Positions 19,277 to 27,107 of a stretch of DNA of 64,000 nucleotides are shown here, piece after piece. The stretch is from positions 96,001 to 160,000 of the IMG/VR virus record IMGVR_UViG_3300021431_004083, one strand, 5' to 3'. Both the position numbers and the translations under genes were made by a program. A model generated the notes under the pieces. The model had not been told where the DNA came from and made no database searches. It worked only from the letters and a program-made list of their open reading frames with translations. Numbering within the stretch: the first letter of the stretch is position 1; each line of letters starts with the position of its first letter. Origin of the DNA: a virus (lineage: Duplodnaviria > Caudoviricetes).

Positions 19277-19548
19277 ACGAGGGATGTAGGCTTAGAGGCA
19301 GCCATCATCTAAGGAGTAAGACGCCGGGATTGCGTGTAGTGAAGGTCGGGGAAACCGACACAGCGTGCACGCGGTGGTGATGAGAACACTTAAAGCGATA
19401 ACGTGTCGCTAAACGGTATCATCACCATTGTCAATTCGTCGCTGACGAGCACGGCATAGCAGTAATGAGCGACTGTAATCTATCTGCTATTGCGACACAC
19501 CCTACAGTCGGTAAGAGTCTTTTTGGCGTAACAGCACACCTCGTACCA
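19277..19548 (+). ncRNA. 23S rRNA H43-H44 (L11-binding / GTPase-associated centre) mimic RNA with a 208-nt insertion and ACCA 3' end
   Basis: GGATGTAGGCTTAGAGGCAGCCATCATCTAAGGAGT...GCGTAACAGCACAC matches 23S positions ~1055-1104; closed by ACGAGG/CCTCGT + ACCA; no other rRNA sequence in the flanks. Confidence 0.88.
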
Positions 19549-19572
19549 TTATTTCCAAAAAGGAAGGTATTC

Positions 19573-19830
19573 ATGACACGTACTGTGACATATACATGTG
19601 AAGTCTGCGGACGTCAAAGCGGAAGCGCAATTGACATTATAAAATGCGAATGCTCCCATCTTGGAATAACCGTAGACCAACTAAAAGAATGGAAGCTGCT
19701 GAAAGGCGCTGTCCGAATGACAAAAACACATGCAACAACAGAGCAAGTTATTAAAGACGCCATCAAAAATCTGAATGACTTCGAAACAAAACATCAGCTC
19801 ACAGGAAAAACTGTACCCAACCTATGTTAA
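19573..19830 (+). CDS. Small Zn-finger protein (paralog of 23898-24179)
   Basis: YTCEVCG...DIIKCECSHL; aggaagg RBS. Confidence 0.75.
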   Translation: MTRTVTYTCEVCGRQSGSAIDIIKCECSHLGITVDQLKEWKLLKGAVRMTKTHATTEQVIKDAIKNLNDFETKHQLTGKTVPNLC

Positions 19831-19852
19831 CAGAAAAAGGAGGAATTTTCGA

Positions 19853-20035
19853 ATGCCCTACACAGCACCGATTGAAAAAGACCATATCCTCGACGTCACA
19901 AACCGTTTTCTCAATGCCAACGAAAACAGCAGCGACGCACAGGCGCTCATCCTCGACATGGCGTCTGAAATCCTCAACGAATCCGTTGACCAAATTATTG
20001 ACGACCTCGATGATGACGGTGACGTAGATACCTAA
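19853..20035 (+). CDS. Small acidic protein
   Basis: aaggagg RBS; D-rich C-terminus. Confidence 0.7.
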   Translation: MPYTAPIEKDHILDVTNRFLNANENSSDAQALILDMASEILNESVDQIIDDLDDDGDVDT

Positions 20036-20050
20036 AAACAAAAAAAATAT

Positions 20051-20470
20051 GGGCCTGCTTGGTTTCGACAGGCTATACGAAAGAATCTATCACGCACGTG
20101 TCCCATCGCGTACGGGGAAACAAAAAATAAACGACACTAATACTGTTGTACTTCATCCCGCATTCTCCGCTGCTTGCGCTCGCGCTGCAGCCTGATTGCA
20201 TTACGGATACCAAAACGGCACGTCCGCTGTTTGATAAGGCCTGAGGTTCGAAGATAAACAGCACACAGTTTCCTGTTTCTGCAAAAAACAGGTGGTGGAG
20301 TGATGAAGAAACCCTTCATCCCTAAACGGCTGATTGCGCCGTACGTCAATTCGTAAAGAAAACGCCGTCCGTCTGACACGGTAATAATCTAAAAGCTCAG
20401 ACTATTGCGTAAGTATGATATTTTCAAGTAGATAGTTTGGACACGGGTTCGACTCCCGTCAGGTCCACCA
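20051..20470 (+). ncRNA. ssrA: tmRNA; predicted tag (A)DTNTVVLHPAFSAACARAAA*
   Basis: GGGCCTG/CAGGTCC acceptor with G3.U70; GGTTTCGAC; T-arm GGGTTCGACTCCC; ACCA end; ATAAAC-GAC resume context, tag frame 20133-20195. Confidence 0.95.
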
Positions 20471-20478
20471 CGCTGATA

Positions 20479-20501
20479 AACCCCGTCACGATGACGGGGT
20501 T
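20479..20501 (+). terminator. Hairpin after tmRNA
   Basis: AACCCCGTCA-cga-TGACGGGGTT; weak U-tract. Confidence 0.5.
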
Positions 20502-20651
20502 CAAAATATATCAACAGTCAATCAAACACAACATTCACACAAAATCTCTACTATGATAAACAAAACAGAAAGTAGAGCTAAAGAAGATGTTCTTAAGAGC
20601 ACAAACAATCTCTGCTAAAAAAAGAAGAGAAAAAGAAAGGATGTTTTCAAT

Positions 20652-21203
20652 ATGCCGTTAGAAGCAATCCGTCGCATCGACGACCTCGGACGAATTGTCG
20701 TTCCGAAAGATATAAGAAAAAGATTAAACCTCGAAGAGGGAGACACCGTATCCCTCGAAACAACCAACGACGCGCTTATCATCAAAAAACATTCCGTGAT
20801 AGGCGAAATCACGAAAAAGGCACAGGCTTGTATCGACGCACTGTCGTTCTCAACAAAGAGTATCGTCATTGCTACTGACAAAAACATCATCACAAACGTA
20901 GCAGGCTTATCAAAACGGAATCTCCTTGAGATGAGCATCTCCGACAGGCTCAAAGAGCTCATCAAAAATAACAAAAAGGGATACCGTCACACACCGACAG
21001 ATGAACCTATGCCCGTGATGAAAAACTCTGCAATGCCTTACGTCAAAGCAACGGCTGTAATCTACGATAAAGCGCTGCTGCCCGTCGGGTGCGTGGCAAT
21101 CATCACGTCAAATAAAGCGGAACTGTCGTTGGGTATCACACCCGCCGAAGATGCGTTACTGAACAACACCGCTGACACCATCACACGGCTCATAAGGGAC
21201 TAA
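20652..21203 (+). CDS. spoVT: SpoVT-like regulator (AbrB DNA-binding domain + GAF-like C-domain)
   Basis: RRIDDLGRIVVPKDIRKRL...IIKKHSVIGEI...TDKNIITNVAG; 183 aa, matching SpoVT length. Confidence 0.85.
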   Translation: MPLEAIRRIDDLGRIVVPKDIRKRLNLEEGDTVSLETTNDALIIKKHSVIGEITKKAQACIDALSFSTKSIVIATDKNIITNVAGLSKRNLLEMSISDRLKELIKNNKKGYRHTPTDEPMPVMKNSAMPYVKATAVIYDKALLPVGCVAIITSNKAELSLGITPAEDALLNNTADTITRLIRD

Positions 21204-21215
21204 AAGGAGACAACA

Positions 21216-21380
21216 ATGCTAACTGAAATCACCATCAGAATCAACACTGATACCGGTGACTGTTCTATCAAGGAACAAAACGCCGAAACTGTAACAACAA
21301 AGCTCGACACGTCATCCCTTGAAGCGACTGCGTGGGACGCGGGTGAAGCGCTGAAAGATTACATCGAAGGGTTGAACTGA
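21216..21380 (+). CDS. Small hypothetical protein (54 aa)
   Basis: aaggag RBS and ATG. Confidence 0.55.
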   Translation: MLTEITIRINTDTGDCSIKEQNAETVTTKLDTSSLEATAWDAGEALKDYIEGLN

Positions 21381-21381
21381 A

Positions 21382-21561
21382 ATGCCCGACAACTACTACA
21401 GCAGCAAAAGAAAAAACCCTCACAAGTACAAAATGATGTACCTGTTGGAACGAATCAGAGATTCCGAAACATGGCCGAAAGGTGCCCGCATATGGGCATT
21501 CCAACCTTGTACAGGATGGCGCGTCATAGATAAGCATTATGTCCTGAAAACAAGCCTTTAA
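21382..21561 (+). CDS. Small hypothetical protein (59 aa)
   Basis: Fills the gap between two ORFs in the same orientation. Confidence 0.45.
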   Translation: MPDNYYSSKRKNPHKYKMMYLLERIRDSETWPKGARIWAFQPCTGWRVIDKHYVLKTSL

Positions 21562-21577
21562 AGGAGAAAACTCCGGA

Positions 21578-21946
21578 ATGACCATCAACATCAACAACTA
21601 CGCCGAACTGTTCACAGCTTTGTGCATTCTTGCCGTAGGCGTAATCATCGCAACCGTCTGTGAAACATTTCTTTTACTATCCAACATTCTCAAAATCAAA
21701 GAAAGACTCAACAACGAAACGCTGCACTACTGCCCGAAGTGCGACAAGCTTCAACACACCAAAATTATCAAAATAACAGAGACACGCTGTATCAACAGCA
21801 AAGAAAACTGCAGAACTATAACACTGCCGGTTGCAGTTCGTGTCTGTGAAAAATGCGAAACGGAAATCTTTGACCGTCGGTTAAAAGAAGAAGCCGACTT
21901 TGTTTTCAACAAAAAGTTCAAAGAACGACCGTCTACAGAAGATTAA
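21578..21946 (+). CDS. Membrane-anchored zinc-ribbon protein
   Basis: N-terminal TM; CPKC...CEKC. Confidence 0.7.
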   Translation: MTININNYAELFTALCILAVGVIIATVCETFLLLSNILKIKERLNNETLHYCPKCDKLQHTKIIKITETRCINSKENCRTITLPVAVRVCEKCETEIFDRRLKEEADFVFNKKFKERPSTED

Positions 21947-21961
21947 CAAAAGGAGAAAATC

Positions 21962-22171
21962 ATGCCTGTAAATATCGAAAGTCTCACACTGGGCGAGTTC
22001 AGAGAACTGACAAAAAACTTACCGGACGACGTAAAAATCGTGATTACGTCAGAATCAGATTCCGACAAAGCATTGCCTGTGATTGTATATCCATTTGAAA
22101 CAAGTATCGACAACAATGGATTTTTCCTGCTGTCGCAAAACTGTAACGAAAGTATCAACTTCGAATCATAA
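21962..22171 (+). CDS. Hypothetical protein
   Basis: aaggag RBS; 69 aa. Confidence 0.65.
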   Translation: MPVNIESLTLGEFRELTKNLPDDVKIVITSESDSDKALPVIVYPFETSIDNNGFFLLSQNCNESINFES

Positions 22172-22207
22172 TACAAAAACACCAACAACCAAAAAATCTT
22201 TTAAATA

Positions 22208-22243
22208 TAATAGCCACCCTTTTCATAGGGTGGCTATTTTTTT
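22208..22243. terminator. Terminator between convergent genes
   Basis: AATAGCCACCCT-tttcat-AGGGTGGCTATT + T-run. Confidence 0.85.
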
Positions 22244-22246
22244 CTC

Positions 22247-23764
22247 CTACAACTGTTTTAAATCGTACAAGCTATATAAAACCTCTACAGAATTCCCATT
22301 CAACCGAGATTCTACAAAATCGGGAACTGACATTCCGATGATATAACGCTGAATGTATGTAGCATCGACTGAATCCGCGTTACCGTCGCCATCCACATCA
22401 CCGAGAATATCAGTATAATCAACTTCGTTCCTCACAAAAGGCAATTCCATTCCCACAAGATATCTATGTAAACATGTTACGTCAAGAATATTGACAACAC
22501 CATCAAAATTAACGTCGCCGTAAAGCACCTGTCTCACTTCCATACAGGGAATGGCGCGGCGTTTGCAGTACGAGATGATATACGAAGCGTTCTCTTTGGT
22601 GACAACTGTCAAATCAGACATACCATCGAATGCGTTTTCATGCAGATACGTGATTGTGTCGGGAAGCACAAGCTCCTGCAGGTTCGGGCAATACACAAAA
22701 CCATCTGCGGCAACAAACGAAATAGAAGAATCGACAGAAACACGTTTCAAGTTCGAACAATTAAAAAACAAATGATCGCGAATCGACGGTATACGTTCAA
22801 AATGCACTGTTTCCAACAAAGGACAATCCTTAAAGATATAATAACCCGGACCACCATACATAGAACCGCCGCTCTCATAACGAATAACACCGGCGAACGA
22901 AACAGAACGCAAACTGCTGCAATTCTCAAAAGCATAATTGCCGAGCTTGAAAACATCGGTCTTTGCCGTAAACGTCTCAAGACTTGAACAACCGGAAAAA
23001 GCGAAATTACCGATATGTTCAACAAAATCAGACATCACGGACTTCAAACTTCTACAATTAGCGAACGCTGAATCACCAATACTGCTGCCGCAATCAAAAG
23101 GTATATGCTCCAAAACAAAACAGTCACGAAAAGCGTTGTCCCCAATAAAAGAACACTTAGGACTTTCGACGTAAATGGACGTTAAATTCTCGCAAGACGA
23201 AAACAAACCATAATCGATATAACGAATAGACTTGAAACGAACCGTCTTTAGCGAAGTACAACCACTAAAAGCATAACGCCCAAAATTACAATCTGATGAA
23301 GAAGCATCAAAAAGCTCCAAATGAGAACAACCGTGAAACGCATAATCACCGACGTCAGATACAAAATCTGTATTAGTTACACGCACTAACGAAGAGCATC
23401 CGTCAAATGCGCTTCTCCCAATTGACGTCACACTACAGGAATCAGGGAGCTGAACATCCAATACATTCACAAAATCAGCAAAGGCTGAATCACCTATATG
23501 CGTGACATCTCCTGTAATTTTAATATGACGCACATCAGGCGCATGCTCATACCACACAGGAAATTCGCCCCACGTACAATCATGCATGGCGCCGGAACCG
23601 TTTATAATCAATTCCCCATCTTCTGTAACATGCCATGTAAAACCATCCTCGCTAAAAGAACCGTCTGTACTCGTTTCGGAAGTTTCGGCAAAACAAACCA
23701 AAGTACCCAAACTGAATACAAAAATACCGACAATCAAAAACGTGCAAAAAAATCTCTTAAACAT
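22247..23764 (-). CDS. BspA-type leucine-rich-repeat surface protein with C-terminal type-I dockerin
   Basis: Signal peptide (MFKRFF...; the ORF track starts at 23782); many IGxxAFxxCxxL repeats; GDVNFDGVVNILD and GDVDGDGNADSVDAT duplicated Ca-binding loops. Confidence 0.92.
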   Translation of the reverse strand: MFKRFFCTFLIVGIFVFSLGTLVCFAETSETSTDGSFSEDGFTWHVTEDGELIINGSGAMHDCTWGEFPVWYEHAPDVRHIKITGDVTHIGDSAFADFVNVLDVQLPDSCSVTSIGRSAFDGCSSLVRVTNTDFVSDVGDYAFHGCSHLELFDASSSDCNFGRYAFSGCTSLKTVRFKSIRYIDYGLFSSCENLTSIYVESPKCSFIGDNAFRDCFVLEHIPFDCGSSIGDSAFANCRSLKSVMSDFVEHIGNFAFSGCSSLETFTAKTDVFKLGNYAFENCSSLRSVSFAGVIRYESGGSMYGGPGYYIFKDCPLLETVHFERIPSIRDHLFFNCSNLKRVSVDSSISFVAADGFVYCPNLQELVLPDTITYLHENAFDGMSDLTVVTKENASYIISYCKRRAIPCMEVRQVLYGDVNFDGVVNILDVTCLHRYLVGMELPFVRNEVDYTDILGDVDGDGNADSVDATYIQRYIIGMSVPDFVESRLNGNSVEVLYSLYDLKQL

Positions 23765-23897
23765 ATAAAAGCCACCTTTCATAATAAATTATATAACAAT
23801 TATAACATAAAAACACAAACGACACAACAATAATCTGCGTAACGAAAAATCATCTGAAGAGTTGAAATCGTGTCAAGGAAAAGGAAGGAGCTCAACG

Positions 23898-24179
23898 TTG
23901 AAAACAAAAACAATCTACGTATGCGATGTCTGCGGAAAAGAAAGCGCTGAGTCTATGGATATAATCAAATGCGAATGCGCGCATCTGAACATCGATATCA
24001 GAACGTTGAATCGATGGAGAGACCTGAGAAAAACAGCTGCTGAAGCGGGCAAGACATACAGTATTCGACACAATGAAGAAACCGACGCTGCTTTCGACAA
24101 AGCTGTAGTAGAACTCGTAGAGTTCGAGAAAAAGCATTCTCTTATTGACAAAAAAGTACCTGAAATAAAACTGTTTTAA
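23898..24179 (+). CDS. Small Zn-finger protein (paralog of 19573-19830)
   Basis: YVCDVCG...DIIKCECAHL; TTG after aaggag. Confidence 0.75.
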   Translation: MKTKTIYVCDVCGKESAESMDIIKCECAHLNIDIRTLNRWRDLRKTAAEAGKTYSIRHNEETDAAFDKAVVELVEFEKKHSLIDKKVPEIKLF

Positions 24180-24190
24180 CTAAAAAACCA

Positions 24191-24219
24191 TTGACATGAA
24201 AACAGTTTTGTTATACAAT
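24191..24219 (+). promoter_or_regulatory. Sigma-A promoter for tRNA-Asn and downstream RNAs
   Basis: TTGACA-17 nt-TACAAT. Confidence 0.8.
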
Positions 24220-24262
24220 AAAAGAACGATTAAATCCGTCAAATGATGGATTTAATATATAT

Positions 24263-24338
24263 TCCTCCATAGCTCAGTCGGTAGAGCACTCGGCTGTTAA
24301 CCGAGTTGTCGTTGGTTCGAGTCCAACTGGGGGAGCCA
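24263..24338 (+). tRNA. tRNA-Asn(GTT)
   Basis: Cloverleaf; CTCGG-CTGTTAA-CCGAG; GCCA end. Confidence 0.97.
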
Positions 24339-24339
24339 G

Positions 24340-24910
24340 TCCTACACAACACATGGTGTAGGAGAAACAGTACGACATACACCTGTAAACTTAAGCAGGA
24401 GGATTGCATAACGTTCACGATGTATCTGTGCTGTTTATCGCCTCCGAAAAGAGGTCGAATAACCTTACGAAATGGGCGCAGTTGACGCCCGCGTGCCGCG
24501 CAGGTCTACCCTGGGACCTCCGCTTCAAGGGCACGGAAAGTCGGGCGAGCCGAAACAATAATCCGTCCGTACGTCACCGAACGTAAAATCGGCAAAGGGT
24601 CAGACAGCTTAGTGTGTATTGTATAAAGACGCCTCGGCGGCAAGCGCGAAATACGCCTGTGTGCCACGCGCAACCTATACAATGGGTGCTGTACACGCAG
24701 GATAGAAAGAGGTTGAGTCCTGCATCATCTCTATTTTTTGAATTCCGGAACAACGACTACGACGGATATCACTGTTACTCGCATATCAGGGAATGTGAAT
24801 AACAGCAGATGGAAATACGGAAAAATCCATCCTCCTGACCGTGACCGTTAGCAGGAGCTGCGTATGGCTCACCGCAAGAAAACAAACATACGCCACCGAT
24901 GGTGACTTAA
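24340..24910 (+). ncRNA. Candidate large structured ncRNA(s) 3' of tRNA-Asn
   Basis: No credible ORF; many helices (AAACAGTAC/GTGCTGTTT, CGTGCC/GGCACG, TTGTATA/TATACAA) and H-type pseudoknots at 24697-24732 and 24860-24905. Confidence 0.6.
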
Positions 24911-24952
24911 AACGTAAAAACGTTTTATCATAAAAGAAAGGATTTATCAAGA

Positions 24953-25534
24953 ATGTTTTGTCCCAATTGCAGAAAACACGTGACAGATGAAAAATTCTGT
25001 CCCAGATGCGGAACAGACCTTTCCCCCTACAGGGAAGAAAGAGACGCGCAAAATCAAATGTCAGCACAAACACAGCCTACGGAAAGCCAAAACGAAACCA
25101 TCGACATGGACAATATCGAACAAAGCGATATCGAACAAAACAAAGGTATAGCTTGGCTCTCCTACTTTGGACTGCTCGTACTCGTACCGATGCTCGCAAG
25201 GAAAACATCAAAATATTGCGCGCATCATGTCAAACAAGGTTGGACACTGTTCGCGACCAACATTGCGTACTTCGCTGTTACGCAAATCCTTCTGGCAATT
25301 ATCGGAGCCATCTTCCCGGGACACGTCTCCTATTTCCTGATTCGTATGCCAAGCGCTGTATATGTAATTTTCAGCATCATATTCAACCTCGGATACATCT
25401 TCTTCACAGTCCTCGGAATCATGGGAATCGTTTACGCGGCAACAGGCAAAACAAAACGTTTACCTGTTATCGGACAAATCCCGTGGATTTCAAAACTCGT
25501 AGATAACTTCTACAAAAATTATATCACAGAATAA
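24953..25534 (+). CDS. Zinc-ribbon + DUF4870-like membrane protein
   Basis: MFCPNC...FCPRCG; LSYFGLLVLVP...HVKQG...LPVIG. Confidence 0.85.
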   Translation: MFCPNCRKHVTDEKFCPRCGTDLSPYREERDAQNQMSAQTQPTESQNETIDMDNIEQSDIEQNKGIAWLSYFGLLVLVPMLARKTSKYCAHHVKQGWTLFATNIAYFAVTQILLAIIGAIFPGHVSYFLIRMPSAVYVIFSIIFNLGYIFFTVLGIMGIVYAATGKTKRLPVIGQIPWISKLVDNFYKNYITE

Positions 25535-25565
25535 ACGATATCAAAACGCATTGCGTTTTAATATA

Positions 25566-26227
25566 CCAATATCGCAAAGCCGAATAACAACAGTTCGGTC
25601 AGCGATATAAGCTTCGTCGGGTAAGCTTACGGGTGGCGTCACCCATAAAGTCAGTCCAACATCTCTTTTATGATGGCCTCTTCTGTAACATCGGACGACA
25701 ACCCGAAACCACCTTACTCTCAACAATAGAGAACTAAGGGAACGGGAGCGCTCATGCGCAGAGCGGTCCTTGCCAACAGAACGACCGTTTGTGTAAACAA
25801 TTCATCCTATGATTGCAACGATTGCTTCGTGTAACCCACGGCAATCAACACAGGAACATTGCGAAACATGCTTTACCCACGAAAGGTTAACTCTCCTTTT
25901 GTCGCTTTTACAGGATACCGCACACAATCATAAAGAATTGCAATAGCAGGCTCGCAACAGCGAGCGGCGGTATATGAAAAAGTTACGCAATCACGGCCAA
26001 ATTGCGAAATGACAAACCTTTCTATGCTGAACACAAACAAATCTCGGGACAGCGTCCCTCGGAAGCGTTTTGCCCCAAACGTTGCAATTGCGGCAAACCC
26101 CGAAACGCGCCGGTACAAAGACGGCTACAACATATAAGCATGGTGTAAGCCGCCGATATTCGAAGACAAAAACACCAAGACCCTGTGAGGTGTGCTCGCG
26201 AAACATATGTTCGCCTGCGGGTCTTAT
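25566..26227 (+). ncRNA. Candidate large structured ncRNA (~660 nt) 5' of tRNA-Thr
   Basis: No credible ORF; dense helices (ATATCGC/GCGATAT, AAGACCC/GGGTCTT) and a pseudoknot at 26122-26177. Confidence 0.55.
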
Positions 26228-26229
26228 CT

Positions 26230-26305
26230 GCCGATGTAGCTCAGTTGATAGAGCAGCTGATTTGTAATCAGCAGGTCGTGAGTTTGAGCCTCACCGTCGG
26301 CTCCA
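26230..26305 (+). tRNA. tRNA-Thr(TGT) with non-canonical elbow (D-loop GA, T-loop TTT)
   Basis: GCTGA-TTTGTAA-TCAGC; GTGAG-TTTGAGC-CTCAC; TCCA end. Confidence 0.9.
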
Positions 26306-26309
26306 TCTG

Positions 26310-27106
26310 TCGCCATCTAAGTGTCGTCGGAACACTTGTTGTGTGACCGCCCGTATGAAACGACGGGAACCGTAAAAAAACGGTAGAACCTAAGTCTGTT
26401 GGTTCCGAGGAAAGTTTAGGACAGACAATCCGACAATTCATTATCCATTCTTATTCCTTTATTAAACCGCTCGCACCATGAAATCGAAAACGAATTCAAG
26501 CCGGGTAGCGAGTAAAACCCAATCGGGATATTTGCGTGGAGTTGACAACAACGCTGAAACGAAATGTGGAGTTGATAGCAACGCTGAAGCGAAATGTCAC
26601 ATGGTTGGGGATGTCATTTTACATCAATGCGGTTATTGACAAAGAGAGTAACAAGGCTGATAAAAGTTACTCCGCTCGGACACCAACGCAAGCCCGAGAC
26701 CGCCTTCCGAGAGTGAGTCGCCGCCGGACCATCGACCTGACGGCGACCAAGGGTGGGGCTGTAGTCCTTCAGACCGTAAAGGACAGGAACAGCAAACCCT
26801 CATTGCGGTTTCCTCAAGAATATAAACCGCTACCGTGGTACGGTCAAAACGCTTACGCCCTGAAAGAGCGTGCGCCAAAAGCGCGGGCGTGCATGTCACT
26901 TGGACAGATTAATGGGCAACATTGGTAGGCTTCTTTTAGGAGATAGTTGCCAACTGGAAAAGGACGTAATGACGTTTCCAGTCCAAGCCACCCGCAAAAG
27001 GGTTCTGAAACGGTGGCTTAGCAGAACCGAGAATGTATTCAGGCTTTGAAAGAATACTCGGCAGGTTTCTGAGATAGTTCAGTATAATTCCTATCGTAAG
27101 CCTTTC
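26310..27106 (+). ncRNA. Candidate large structured ncRNA(s) between tRNA-Thr and the tRNA-like element
   Basis: Pseudoknots at 26469-26520, 26717-26756 and 26985-27028; helices GAGTAAC/GTTACTC and ACTGGAAA/TTTCCAGT. Confidence 0.55.
26536..26597. repeat. 30-bp imperfect tandem duplication
   Basis: GTGGAGTTGA(C/T)A(A/G)CAACGCTGAA(A/G)CGAAAT x2. Confidence 0.85.
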
Positions 27107-27107
27107 A

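Noticed and set aside
19318-19525. Canonical group I intron (GACTGTA/TACAGTC resembles P7)
   Set aside because: There is no P4-P6 domain between the P3-like and P7-like strands and no convincing P1/IGS; kept only as a testable possibility.
19277-19548. A true 23S rRNA gene or rRNA operon remnant
   Set aside because: Similarity is limited to about 50 nt of H43-H44, the flanks are protein genes, and the closing helix is rewritten with compensatory changes.
25590-25600. Further short rRNA-like words (ACAGTTCGGTC here; CGGTAATAC near 27524)
   Set aside because: Matches of 9-11 nt are expected by chance and sit in unrelated hairpins.
26536-26928. 130-aa protein-coding ORF
   Set aside because: No RBS, GTG start inside a tandem repeat, atypical composition, and it overlaps dense RNA helices.
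26400-27030. RNase P RNA (GAGGAAAGT near 26407, GGCTTA near 27015)
   Set aside because: The two segments do not form the P4 helix, and each has a better local pairing partner.
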